Assembly (NCBI RefSeq): GCF_033153115.1
Contig: NW_026889778.1
Coordinates: 44,454,001-44,518,000 of the forward strand
Source of the DNA: Saccostrea echinata
Taxonomy: Eukaryota
Length of the DNA: 64,000 nt
Direction: 5' to 3'
Part shown: positions 1 to 12,060 of the stretch, piece after piece
Position numbering within the stretch: position 1 is the first letter of the stretch
Layout of the letters: every line of letters begins with the position of its first letter
Translations under genes and position numbers: made by a program
The notes under the pieces: generated by a model
Database searches by the model: none
What the model saw: the letters and a program-made list of their open reading frames with translations, nothing else
What the model was told of the DNA's origin: nothing

Positions 1-1272
1 ATAAAAGGAAAGGGGTGGGGGTAAATATCACATTCTACTTTATCTTCGCTTTTGTGATAATTAACGGTGAAAATTGGAGCTCAGTATTATTTTTCCAAAA
101 TCGCCTAATATGCTTGCAGAAAAAGAATATGTAATATCTTCTACAATGACAAACCTTTGTTTTACCTTATATGGCTATTGTTCTTTATATGCACAGCGGA
201 TTTTACCACGAACAATTGAGCAATCGTTGACTGAATAGCAACGTTTACTGGACAACTACATGTTTACATTTTACTTCGAACACATGGTTCAGGTCAATCT
301 ACGATCCAATATTAAAAGGACTGCAAAAAAATAATAATAATTGTTGTTTTTATGGGGAAAAGAAAAGAACAAAGACCAAAACTTAAGAAGGAATTAAGTC
401 ATGGGCGTTTATAATTTGCTGTTATGTTCACTTGTAAACTAGAAAATATACATAATGAAATGTAGTCTGTGCCACGTTCAGAACACCAGCGCTGCAAGGA
501 TAAGGAAAACGAACATCATCGGGCATTTAAATGGACAACAAAGGTTTTTGGTATCGGCTTCGGCCGATCTCAGTTGATTCCATATGAGGTATCCGGAAAA
601 TTTAACTGCGCACACATTACGACATGCGGTACTTTGTTTACTATGCACTTACAGGTTCAAATAAAACTTTCAGAACATGTTAAGTACTAAAAAACATTAT
701 TTTAATGCATTTACCTTGAGATACAGAGGTTTATTCAGTTCCAAGGTGAATACACTTACAATTGAACTCCAACAAGCTAAGTATCCTGACATAATCAAGT
801 GTGGATCTTTCTCTATGTATAGATCCATTTATAATATTATATGCATTGAAAGCAGCTGATCATGACATTGTGAAGTCATTTAAGCAAGACGGGTTTAAGT
901 CCTTACTTACCTCCAGGTAACCTCATCAAGATAAGTGTTTGAGGCAGTGAGAGCAGACATTAGGAAACAATGACATTGTCGGACGTCATGAAACTAAACG
1001 GCGACAGCGCCGGGTGATCATATAATGTCTCTTTTATTTAGAATAATTTGGAAAGTTATCAACGTATCAAGCTAAAATTCTCAACATTTCTTAATCTTTC
1101 TTAATCTTTTGTTGTTTTATGTTTCTTATAAATTTTGTAAGCACAGACTACATAGAATCAATTTTAGCGCATCAGTCCACGAATTATTTGATAACCTCTC
1201 ATGTATAACCTCATGTAGTTAAATTTTTTTTCAATTTTTTAATGCTATGAATGAAATAACCATCCTTTAAGG

Positions 1273-2229
1273 GTCGCCAGCGTGGCGCAGTGGTTGGAGC
1301 GTCTGCTCTAGAGTCGCGGATTAAGAAGTTGACAGGGGCGTAGCTTGACTTAAAATTCTAGTGAGGCAAAACCATAGGGACAGGAGGTATGGGGCCACCT
1401 AAGGCCCCAAGTAGGTCAGGGCAGCGCCAGGGTGGTGGTGGGTGGGGGGGGGGGGGGTAGAGGGGGGCACCACACACCCCTCCGGACAGAATATGGATTT
1501 GGGTGTTTTATCAGACTTCTGCACAGAAGTATAATGAATTTTACCAGTTTCATAGCGTGGATATGATACCACATATTATTAAAATATCTAAAGGAGCATC
1601 GTTAGAAACCCACGAGGCAAGAGAAGCTAGACCACCACAGGTTTTCGACGATGGTTAAAGAGTTAATAAATATGTTTTCTAAAACTAACACATTTTAAAA
1701 TGAATACACTTTTTTTTAATTTTGTTTTTATTTCGTCAAAACTAATAATTGTCCAACATTTATCAGTTTTTAATTTTTTTCCAATCATTGCCTACTTGGA
1801 GTTTTCAGTAATGGAGGTAGAGCCCAAACCTTGATGGTATGAACGTACATTATAGAATTGCATAAATTACAATTTTTACAAGATATTTTCTGCAATGTAT
1901 TATTAACTATGGGAGGGAGTGTTGGTGGTTAAAAATCTAGTGAGGCAGTTGCCTCATTGCCACAATGGAAGCTACGCTCCTGGTTGATCCTTACGTCGCG
2001 GGTTCGAATCCCACTGTGGGACGTGGAGACCGGACCTTCGGATGAGACCGTATAAACCGAGGTCCCGTGTCGCAGTAGGTGTTGGCACGAAAAAGATCCC
2101 TCACTGCTCAATGGCCGTAAGTGCCGAGTATAGGACAAAATTTGCAGCTCTCCACCGGCAAATAGGTGGCGTCTCCATATGAGTGAAAAATTCTCGAGAG
2201 GGACATTAAACAACAAACAAACAAACAAA
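1273..2229 (+). mobile_element. Full-length tRNA-derived SINE (resembles bivalve Meta-core SINEs), split by a DNA-transposon insertion
   Basis: A-box TGGCGCAGTGG, B-box GGTTCGAATCCC, (AAAC)n tail, 15-bp TSD aaccatcctttaagg at 1258-1272 and 2230-2244; homologous copies elsewhere in the window. Confidence 0.9.
1333..1982. mobile_element. Non-autonomous DNA transposon (MITE) nested in the SINE head
   Basis: TIRs caggggcgtagctt / aagctacgctcctg (13/14 match); 5-bp TSD gttga at 1328-1332 and 1983-1987. Confidence 0.85.
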
Positions 2230-2469
2230 AACCATCCTTTAAGGTTTAGCCTAATCGTGTTTTGCGTTTATCGAGAAGACCGATGAAGACCGTTTATCCT
2301 TATCTTGGTCATCCAATCGTATCCTTACCTATCATGAATGTGTCATATCCTATCGTGTATCAAGTCAAGAATTATGTTGTGGGTATTGTACAACCAGGGC
2401 CATGACTTTAAAAAAAATAATTGTGCAGTACTAGAGGATGTTAGCATCCTTACATTAAAAAAGCAAATT

Positions 2470-3108
2470 CAAAGAATTGTGGTCCCCCGCTTTCGGTGTC
2501 TTAGTGAATGGGATGCCATTATTTATAGCATACTGTGTCAAATATGTACACCCTATCATATGTCATGCAAAAGTAATCACAAAAGTTGAATTTTTTGAAA
2601 ATTAGATCAAACATGAAGGTCAAAGTCAATAGGTAAAAAATAAAAGCATGCTCGAAAATATCTTGTTACAGGTAATGCACATGTCAAATATGAAAGCCCT
2701 ATCTCTCTCTCTATCAAAAGTTATAAGGTAAGATAACATTTTTGATAAGTAGGTCAAACTTCAAGGTCAAGGTCACACGGTCAAAAAATCATAGTGTATT
2801 AAGAAAGGTGTTGTGATGCACTTGAGTAATATGAAAGCCCTACCTTTTCTCTTTCAAAAGTTATGGCCAATTGAAAGTAAGTTTAAATTTTTGAAAAGTA
2901 GGTCAAACTTCAAGGTCATGGTCACAGGGTCAAAAATCATAATGAATTTAGAAAGGTCTTGTCACATGTAATACACATGTGTAATATGAAAAGCCCTACA
3001 TATCTCTTCTTATTCAAAAGTTATGCCCAAGGTTAATGTTTTTGTGACAGACGGACAGGCGAATGAGATTTAATGTCCCCCTCGCTTTCGCGAAAGCGGG
3101 GAACAACA
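2470..3108 (-). mobile_element. Helentron-type non-autonomous element with internal ~150-170-bp tandem repeats
   Basis: Repeated 'taggtcaaacttcaaggtca..ggtcaca..ggtcaaaaatcat' units, gacagacggac microsatellite remnant, terminal hairpin cgctttcgcgaaagcg. Confidence 0.7.
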
Positions 3109-3250
3109 ATAATTGACTGAGTTCAAAGGCAACATGCGTTTTGTCGGACCTAAGAAACAAACTGTTTGCCTGAAGCCGATGGCAAACAGTTTAGTTCGAG
3201 GAGTCGGCAAAATGCATTGTGCTTGAGAACACAGTCAATAAATGTTCTGT
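3109..3250. repeat. Imperfect palindrome (Crypton-like or foldback element end)
   Basis: attgactg...aaactgtttgcc...ggcaaacagttt...cagtcaat nested inverted arms. Confidence 0.5.
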
Positions 3251-4849
3251 TATACTTTTTCTTGGTGATTCTTAAGACGTCAAGCGCGGTGTTTAATAGC
3301 GCAGCGGAAGCATAGACGTAGCGCCTCTATAAGTGCTTCAAGCGGCTTCTCTATCTTTGTTCTTGAAATAAGCGTAAAAGTCATTGACTAATAAGACTAA
3401 TAAACAAAAATGGTGCACTCGATCTGTTAATGATAAAGTTTGCTTACTCATAATCTAATATTACTCTTATATACGCACTTTCAAACTATTCTTAATATTT
3501 TTCAAGACCATTAACTACACAATCCGCTGAGTCAGACTCATTTTTGAATATTCATTTATTCTTAAATAAGGACACCTTTCTTTACAATAAATTCTATATT
3601 TCACCACGTATTTTCTTAGTTATTAAAGCACGGAGATTTAGACCAGTGATCCCCACAGAGACGTTACTTATATAAAAACATCGTGGGAATCTGTCTAAAG
3701 CCATACTTTTTCTCATTTAAAATTCTTACCTTTTTAAACACCTTTTTTTTATTTCTTATAAAGGGTTGTGAAATTTCTCTCAGTCATAGATCTTAAATGA
3801 ACGTCTATTTTTGTTTATAAAAAAAAAAAGACGATGAGAATGTAATTCGTGAACTGTAAAAAACGTAATCATATTCTATTTTTCGTGTAGATATAGCATA
3901 GAACACTTTGAAACCAAGACAGTGTTACTCGATATAGGTGTTCACACCTGCAGTGAGCTACGGTGGATAGACGTAAGTTATATAAGTATATACATCTAAT
4001 CAATTTAATACCTTGACATTTAATCATTTCAATACTTAAACATTTGTTATGTCTGCACTGCATAGTTAATGTCTAATAAAATGTCCCTTCTATCTCAATA
4101 AAATGCATGTACGTGCATTGACTAGAACTAAAACGATGCATATACGGAAAGGAAAAATTAAGAAACGCAGTGTAACATTGTATGTTTATGTTTAATATGT
4201 TTATGTGAACTGGTCAAAGGGGCATGTCGGTTAATTTGCACTAATACCAGTGTTCAGAATTATTCAACCCTAAAATGTATGACGTCACGTAGGGAAATTG
4301 GTAAAACGCTGATAACACGTGCATATTGATGATGACAGGTTTTTTTTACACATCTCGTTTTACCACTTGATGCACTTGAGGTATACACCTTGTTTTCGAT
4401 ATTTACAGACGATATGAATTTCTTGCAATCATGGTACAGTCGACGGAAGTTCCATGGTGTCTAGCTATTACATTACCTAAGTAAGGACAAAGGCAACAGC
4501 GGGTTGCTGTGTAGTTTGTTGTAAATTTCCGACAAAAGAACGTCTTATCTGTCGTCAGAGAGGGTTTCCAACCAATTGTGACGATGACGCTGACGCTTAA
4601 CAGCGTAAGCACGTCAAATTCGGGTTATTCATCCTGCCACCTGTATAATCGCCACCTTGCTATCACTTAAACTGCTATTAATACTGTAGGCTATCGTTTG
4701 CCTAATTTTTTCGGCATGTAAACCAAATGAAATGCGTGTGGGTTAAAGTCATCGACAAGAACGAAATCTATAAGCTTTCGAAGAGGCTTAAATCGATCTT
4801 GGCTTTATAAGTATTTGCTATAATTATGATGAAGTGTTCCTTTCCTAGA

Positions 4850-5755
4850 TCTCTAATGTGTCCACACCTTACCCACGAAGATTTTCTTTAAACAAATTCG
4901 AGTCTTGACAGCCTAAGGATGGTTGCATTTTAATATGACTGCTCATGGGCGTTTTTGAAAAGAGGATTTTGGAAAGAATTTTCCCTATATATATGTATCT
5001 ATATATAAACCTTTTACCTCCTATCGAGGCCCAAACCTAACCACAAGTGCCATAAAATGAACAAATTTGGATCTGCACTACCTGAGGATGCTTTCATATT
5101 GATATCAATTTTTATAGTCCTGTTGTAGTTGAAGATTTTTATGAAAATATTTTTGTTATGCATTCCATACATAATTATTGTAAAACTGAGGCTCCAACTT
5201 AGAAAATCTTGAATCTGCAGTTCCTAAGTATGGTTAAAAATTAATGTATTTTGTGGTCCAACTTTTCTGCAAAGATTTTGATAATTTTGTTCTCCTTTAC
5301 ATTGCCATGTGAACTTTTATCGGCTATTGTGCCCCCTACTCCCCATCGGGGAGGGGAAGGGGGGCATGATTTCAACGCATTTGAATCTACTCAGAAATCT
5401 CTCGCATAAGTTTAAGCTTTCCTTTTTTTTCTTGAGAAGAATTCGAAATGTTCCAGCCAAAATTCCCTACATTTTCACTCAATTTCTTAATTAGATATCT
5501 CCTCATTTTCACTTTATTACATTGTAGTTATCTCCCCTAGGAGGAAGGTTTGACCATCGTTTGAATTAAGTTGAATCCCCTTCATTCAATGATACTGCAT
5601 GCCAAGTTAGATTGAAAATGACCCAGTAGATCTTGAAAAAATGAAAATGTGGAAAAAAATCTTAATTATATGGACGTCAATGACAACCACAACGGCAACG
5701 GACATTTTTTAAAAGAAAAACTCACTTGAGCTATTGCCTCAGGAGAGTTTTAAAA
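4850..5755 (-). mobile_element. Degenerate Helentron-type element with satellite units
   Basis: Reverse-strand similarity to the 41375-42845 family (ctcacttgagc..ctcagg end; gaatctgcactacctgaggatgc units). Confidence 0.55.
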
Positions 5756-6150
5756 GAGGACACACGAAAGTCAATGGAACAAAGTTGCATGTATTTTAAT
5801 CTTTTTAACTTTAAAGTTTGAATGCACACTTGGAATGAATCCTACTTTCAATATGATAAATACGCGCATACATGTATGACAAATCAGGATGGTTTTATCT
5901 ATATAAAAGAAAACAAAACAGATTATCTGAGAAAAACATTTTTTTCAGTTTTAAAAATCAAAATTATTTTCAGCTATCAAAATTGTTCATGATTTCCTGT
6001 AGATAATGGTTATTAAGGTATTTAGAAATTATTCATAATGTAGGAACAAAATATTTTCTTAATTTATACACGTCTCTCACTATAAAATAACATTTAATCT
6101 TTTCAGACGTAACAACATAATCAAAATCTGATTAATTTATTTCTCATTCA

Positions 6151-8202
6151 TTACAGTAGAGTAACATTCTGATTTTCAATCAAGCGATTAACTCTTTCTT
6201 TAGTAGCGTTTGTAATTCATTGAAGAGGTTCCTCTCCGAGCGATTTCTTGTAAGACTGTAGTGCCGTTTGAAGGTTACCGACAGTTTGCTGACAAATTCC
6301 TAGTATTTGCCAAGCAAAGTCTCCCTGAAAAAAGGGTGCTTTTTTACCATCATCTTCACGTAGCAGTTTTTCTAAATTTGTCATTGTCTGGAAAGACATT
6401 GATATGTGACCTAATCTGTAGTTTGCTAACACAGAAATAACTTCAGTCATAACAAATGGTGAAATGAATAGAACAAGACAACCATTTCTTCTACCCTCCT
6501 CTTGCTCTAAAACCAGCTCGTCAATATAGGAGATATCGCTAAATAATCGAACTTCTTGTGTCCAGGCAAATCTCCTTTTAGACAGAGGCATGTTACCTAC
6601 AGCTTTAATGTATTTAGGTCCATCGACCTGCCCATCATACATTACAAACGGTTTTGAAAGTCTTTCCTCTGTTAGTTAAATAATGCGAAGGGCTTTACTA
6701 TATCTATCTGTTTTATAGTAATAGAAAGCTAGACAAAGAAAATGGGAGATGTCCCCTAGATTTCCCGCTATTTTCAGTATTTTTAAAAGCGTTCTGTCCA
6801 CGGCGTACGATGTTTTATGTGCGCAACATGAGTTTATGCTTAAACGTTTAAATGCCATGACGACAAGGACGTCGGCTGTGAGAGACTGTAACGTTACCGC
6901 TTGATATTTTGAGAGAGATGTCTCAGATAACATAAAGAATGACTTCAAGTATATTGAGATGTGTTTTAGCGATCCAAAAGGTAATCTGATACTATTGTGT
7001 GCTATTTCATTTAGAACGCACCCATCTAAAATGTCTAAGTCCTTCACTCCTAAAACATCTCCTCTGAAAAAGTTTAGAGACCGATATCTGAATGCCAATT
7101 TTAAGAAAGGTTCCAGAGTAGGACTGAGCAAAAGACAAGACACACCCATTCTGTAACACTGAAACAGTTGTACTAATAAAGATTAACGAGCGTAACCATA
7201 AACTATACCTCTAAACATGTTGTTCTGTGGAATAAAAAAGTTTGGACAAGCTTCATTATATACGCAGTGAATGAGATATTTAAAACACTTCCAGAAACAG
7301 TTCAATAAAGTATCAGGATTCCAATGCAAATTGCCGACCTGCACCATCCAGAAAATGATTGTTTTCATAAAATATGAACACAATAACGGTTTTTCCTTTT
7401 TGTTGTTAATTATCTCCTTTAAAAAGAGTTTTAAAAGCCCATAGCAAAGAAATTGAGTATGATTCATTTCATAAACAAGTTTTTGTTCAGCTTGAGAAAA
7501 CGACAGTCTCCATTCTCTCTCTAATTTCTGTTTATCAGTTGTAATTTTACTCGCAATCGGTACACAGTGGCACTCCTCCCTTAAAATTTCTGCACACACT
7601 TGTGAAGAGGGCCAAGTATGATAAAGACATCTTTTAGTCCAACCATCTGCCATTTTTGGCCAAAATGAAGAGGCAAAACAAAAAAGAAGGTCAAATTCAC
7701 CACCTCCAACCTTGCCAGTTGCACATGGACCGTGATGATGAACCTTAAGGAAGATTTTATGATCATCTACTGATTTCAAATGAACTAGTCTCCATAACAA
7801 ATTTGACAAATAAGATTTATCATTGAAAGTTATTGAGACAAATATGTGACCTTCTGGGGATGACAGAAGCTGCAATGTCACAAATCCAGGTGGTGTATCG
7901 TTAGCTTCCATAAGGATAATAGTATGCTTTGACTCATCATAAATTCTACGCTGAGAGATGTCATTTATTACCTTACTATTATACTCCCATCGCATAATGT
8001 CTGCATCAGATGAATTAAATCTGAATCCTTCCCTTCTACTGCCACTAGTTATACATTTCCATCCTTCATATTTATCTTTAACTTCTGCCATCTTAATTGC
8101 CATGTCCAACACATCTCTTCTTATGGTCACCTCTTCCTGTGACCCAATCGTACGACACAATTCAGCGTACACCACATTTGACAAACCGGAAATATAATCC
8201 AT
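6151..8202 (-). pseudogene. Mab-21/cGAS-like receptor (cGLR) nucleotidyltransferase with a C-terminal helical/TPR-like extension; single coding exon interrupted by three in-frame stops
   Basis: ORFs 7183-8202, 6676-7149 and 6217-6642 share one frame, separated by single stops (TAA 7183-7185, TAA 6676-6678, TGA 6217-6219), and the frame continues to TAA 6151-6153. Motifs: NTase SGSRREG..SSDADIM, third acidic residue in EFDLLFCF, Mab-21 motifs EWRLSFSQAEQKL, CSYFMKT and CPNFFIPQNNMF. A splice acceptor (ttatag|G ATG) lies just before the ATG. Confidence 0.88.
7183..8202 (-). CDS. 339-aa open portion of the cGLR/Mab-21 gene (NTase core plus Mab-21 C-terminal lobe)
   Basis: Uninterrupted ORF with GS, DxD and third-Asp catalytic motifs retained; ends at the first premature TAA. 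Confidence 0.7.
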   Translation of the reverse strand: MDYISGLSNVVYAELCRTIGSQEEVTIRRDVLDMAIKMAEVKDKYEGWKCITSGSRREGFRFNSSDADIMRWEYNSKVINDISQRRIYDESKHTIILMEANDTPPGFVTLQLLSSPEGHIFVSITFNDKSYLSNLLWRLVHLKSVDDHKIFLKVHHHGPCATGKVGGGEFDLLFCFASSFWPKMADGWTKRCLYHTWPSSQVCAEILREECHCVPIASKITTDKQKLEREWRLSFSQAEQKLVYEMNHTQFLCYGLLKLFLKEIINNKKEKPLLCSYFMKTIIFWMVQVGNLHWNPDTLLNCFWKCFKYLIHCVYNEACPNFFIPQNNMFRGIVYGYAR

Positions 8203-9271
8203 CCTATAATTTAAAACACAAAGAATTCTTCATTGTGCATTCCTTACTAAATAAAAAAACGAGATTTTGATACTTTGTATATATATATTAAATGAATAAC
8301 TACATTACCCTAATTTGTTCTTTTCTGTTTTGTAAATAATTTCGAAATATCGTTTTATTTTGTATGTCAAATATTTGTAATATATAATTTGTTCTTTCAA
8401 TTAAACTGATTGTTTAAAAAATCGCAAACACAGCGGAAATAATGTTATATGCCCAAAATTTCAATTTGGATATGTGACTTATGTTGACATAATGTAAACA
8501 AAGCGTACTGTAGCACTAATTCGTAAGAATAAATTTATATTAGACTTTCCTGTCTATCGTATGCAGTAATAGAGGATTTCTGCTATTTGAGGTAAAATTT
8601 TGTTGATGACTATACTTTTTACCTGTTTTGACCTTATTATTGTCTGCCGTTGTACATTGTAAAATATGAAAAAAGCAGTCCAAATATTTTTTCTCACGAT
8701 ATATGGTGCAGCAGCGGACACTCCAGGAAAATAAAAGGGCACGATTCCAGGACTATAATGAATGAAGGACCTCCAACGATAATTGATTCAGAGTACTCAT
8801 GGATATTATCATGAAAATATGCCAACAAAGAATAATATTTACCTTAGTGATGACTTTTGTTGACTTGTGTGAATTAGTTCACCCTGCCACTAAAAAGTTT
8901 GGTTTCGGAATTTTGATTTTTACCCTAGGGGTCAAATTAGGTAGAAAAACGACTTTTTTCTTCGGAAAAAAAACCCTAGGTCCCAGAACTTCTCTTAAAT
9001 TTTATACAATAGCCAAATTATCATTTGAAAGATGATTGATGATGTCCTGTAGATGTGCAATTAGGTTTCGGAATTTTCATTTCACCCTGATCAGTGTATG
9101 AAAATACACTTTTTCTCAACTTAATGATTTCAGAGCTATGTATCCAGCAATAAAAGCAGCCAAATGTGCCTGTTTAATTTTTATTTTTGTTTTTAGCAGA
9201 TTAGTATCTTTTTATTATATCCTGAAAAATATTTATAAATACTTGAAGAGCCAAATAAATAAACATTTTAA

Positions 9272-9715
9272 GAGGCAGTCCACCAAAAAAAAAACAGGCA
9301 ATGAATGACACATCGCATGTCATGGATTTTAATTTAAATTTCATACAAAAGACCGTCTATTTTGTAAAAAAAAAATATTATTGAAAAATAATATTTCCCA
9401 CTGATTTTATTTTTTTAAATAATAAGATGAAATATTTCTTGATTTAGTTCAAAGTAATTATAGATCTGTTGATAATGTATTAGAATTTTCAGTACTTTGT
9501 TTCCGATCTACACTCAATGTTTTATTTGGTTAATTCAAGAACACGAAACAAAACGGTATTTTAGTGAATATTAGGTTATTTTTTAAACAAACCTTCAATT
9601 ACATAATTCCATATGGATTACATTAATATCATTTTCATTAAAATATCAAATATTCTTAGCACTCGATGTGCCGCCTATTAATACAATACTATCTTGTTTT
9701 CTGGTGGATTGCCTC
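9272..9715. mobile_element. TTAA-flanked Kolobok-like MITE
   Basis: ttaa|gaggcagtccacca ... tggtggattgcctc|ttaa. Confidence 0.8.
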
Positions 9716-11279
9716 TTAAGGTTATAATTTGATATCTAAGGATTCTGTTAGCAGACTGAAGTTATGAATTTAGATTGATTGAACTTCAAAATTGGTTTTT
9801 CTACAAAAATGGCTATACAAATTTGCCTGCAGACATATAAACATGACCTTTATGTTACTTAGGGAGAAATCACAATGTCATTCTTACACCGTGTAAGTAA
9901 GGAGGGTAAACAAAAAGAAACCATCTCAGAGATTTACATCTATATAGTGGGCTTCTGAATGGTTATTAACAATACCACGCACTTATATATGTAATGCCAC
10001 GTCTGCAGTGTCAGACAATCTGTGTAGTATCGCTAAATCGAATTAAGCAAGCTTTCATATTATGTACTCTATCTACCAAACTTACTTTTTAACTGAATCT
10101 TACCACTAGCTGATATAATTGAAGCTTAATTAGCTGCTCTCTTTCATGTTTCTTTATGGATTTTCCGGAGCAGCGTACGCAGTCTGAAGATTTCCATTGC
10201 TAAGAAAAACACAGAAATTCTAAATGTAAATTCTAAGAAAAACACAGAAATAAATAGACCTATGTTAAAAGCATTATCTTACACCAAATCAAATATACTA
10301 GCATTTGATGAATTTGCTAAAGTGACATTCAGAATATGTTTATAATTGTCACAGAAATGAGACTTTCAAGTATCAGATCTGTTTAAAAAAGATTTAAAAG
10401 AAAGAAATCAGTTGGAATTCGTTGATCTGTGGAAACACATCATACACTTATATCAAAGAAGTTACGTGATAGACTACAGAATATCAAATTGGAATTTCTA
10501 GTGGGTTTTTTTGGGGGGTAGGGGGTGGGTGGAGTGTCTTTGAATTGAATTCAAATGATTCTCAAAACAGTGCACTTGTGTTTAGGACAATAATATTTTA
10601 TAATATATACTTTAAATTTAATAATAAAACTTTATTATATTTTATACTTTAAATTTTGACATAATATCACCAATTCATCATCTTAAATTGTTAACCCAAA
10701 CCTTTACATTGCTGGAGATAACTTTGAAAAATTTGTGTGCTTTGAACCTAAGTTAACAATTTACAAAGTTTTCATAACATCTATTTCAAGATTGATTGTA
10801 TTGGTGACGATCTATTCTAAGTACAACAGCATAAACAATCAAAAAGTTTTTCGTTAAAATATTCTGTTTCCGTCATTTAGTGATCAAACAATTTAAAATC
10901 TGTCCAAAATTGCCAAATTTGGTCTATAAATTACGGATTATGTACAAAAATAATAAATTATAAAAGGAACTGTTTTTCCCTGTCTGTCCTGTTTGCAAAA
11001 ACTTTAACAATAGAACTCTAGGCGGTATATTCCACTCTCGATGACCTTACAACAGAACTGATATTACAATATGACTGATCCTCAATAGTTTTAATTTTTT
11101 TTTTACAATTTATTCTTTATCATACCAGAGATTCCTATGCTGTATTTTATTTATTCTTTATATATGGTTTTGAACATTAATGGCAGACTTGGTAATCCAT
11201 GAATGACTTTGTCACATATGGAACAGTTCTTGCACTCTCGATTACATAATAATAATTGAAATTGAACAACATGGGACAC

Positions 11280-12060
11280 ACTAGACATCAAGTGTATTGT
11301 TAAAACACAAAGTCATCATACCCTGAAAATTAGGGGAAAATCATTCTTGTTTGTTGTACCCTTGGTCTAGATGGAAATGAAATCTGTGAAGAAATTACTC
11401 GGATATGTAAGGAGTGGTTTATTTCAGTCAACAATGAGTTTCCATAAGGAAAAGCAAATGTTAGAGTGATAGAAGACGTGTTTCCACACACATTCCGGGA
11501 GATCATCTAGTGTTTTCAAAAATAAAATCTCAAAAGCCCCTGACCTTCTAAAAAAAAACGATGCAAGACTTACTGTCCAAGAATTAACCATAAGTCTTAG
11601 AATACCAACAGGAGGGTTTTTAGATTTAAGGATGCTGGGGGGTTAACAAATTAACCACAAATTAACCACCAGATTTAACTTATTTTTTTAGATATGATAT
11701 CTTAAGCTGTCAACTATCATTTGGCAAAGAAAAATTTCAAAAATTTTAGTTTTAAAATTTGATCATTTTCTATATCTTCATATGGAGCTCTTCTTCTAAA
11801 GGAGATCAATATAGTCTAAAAATGGCCACAACCCCCCAGCCTCTTTAAAATTTAAATTTGTGCAAGGTGAATACCAATGTTCTTACCAAGCAGAAGAGGG
11901 TTCCTTATCAAAAAAACTAAAACAAAAAAAATCAAATTGTGTTTTAAAATATGGGCAAAAGGATACTAATGAGATTGTTGGAGGTAATAAAATGTGCACA
12001 TTTTTTTTCCATCCAGAAAGAAAGGTAAAGAATTGAGTCTTGTTGGAGAAAGTATTTTAT
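11280..12060 (+). mobile_element. Highly decayed mariner-type transposase remnant
   Basis: Fragmentary translations DARLTVQELTISLRIPTG (HTH-like), AR*IPMFL (ARWVP motif) and EIVGGNKMC..HPERK (TGDETW..EPE-like); interrupted by the MITE at 11630-11844. Confidence 0.55.
11630..11844. mobile_element. TTAA-flanked Kolobok-like MITE
   Basis: ttaa|ggatgctggggggtt ... aaccccccagcctct|ttaa. Confidence 0.75.

Noticed and set aside
900-1020. Strong minus-strand donor (GAG|gtaagt at 910), possibly the first exon of a gene running off the left edge
   Set aside because: No recognisable coding sequence or downstream exon within the window.
1273-2015. Functional tRNA genes here and at 24443-24520, 34134-34230 and 57190-57265
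   Set aside because: The A/B boxes are attached to SINE bodies or tails, or lack a proper cloverleaf.
1929-2228. Short ORFs here and at 34065-34391, 35806-36054, 57038-57235 and 58997-59280 with mutually similar peptides
   Set aside because: They are translations of SINE copies, not a gene family.
6151-7185. Stop-codon readthrough, selenocysteine or an alternative genetic code for the cGLR
   Set aside because: The stops are mixed (TAA, TAA, TGA) and each is one substitution from a plausible sense codon. Neighbouring COQ2 uses the standard code and ends in TGA.
10086-10199. Possible upstream exon of the cGLR gene (ttcttag acceptor, gtaag donor on the minus strand)
   Set aside because: Splice-like signals only, and the short uORF ends in a stop; cannot be supported without transcripts.
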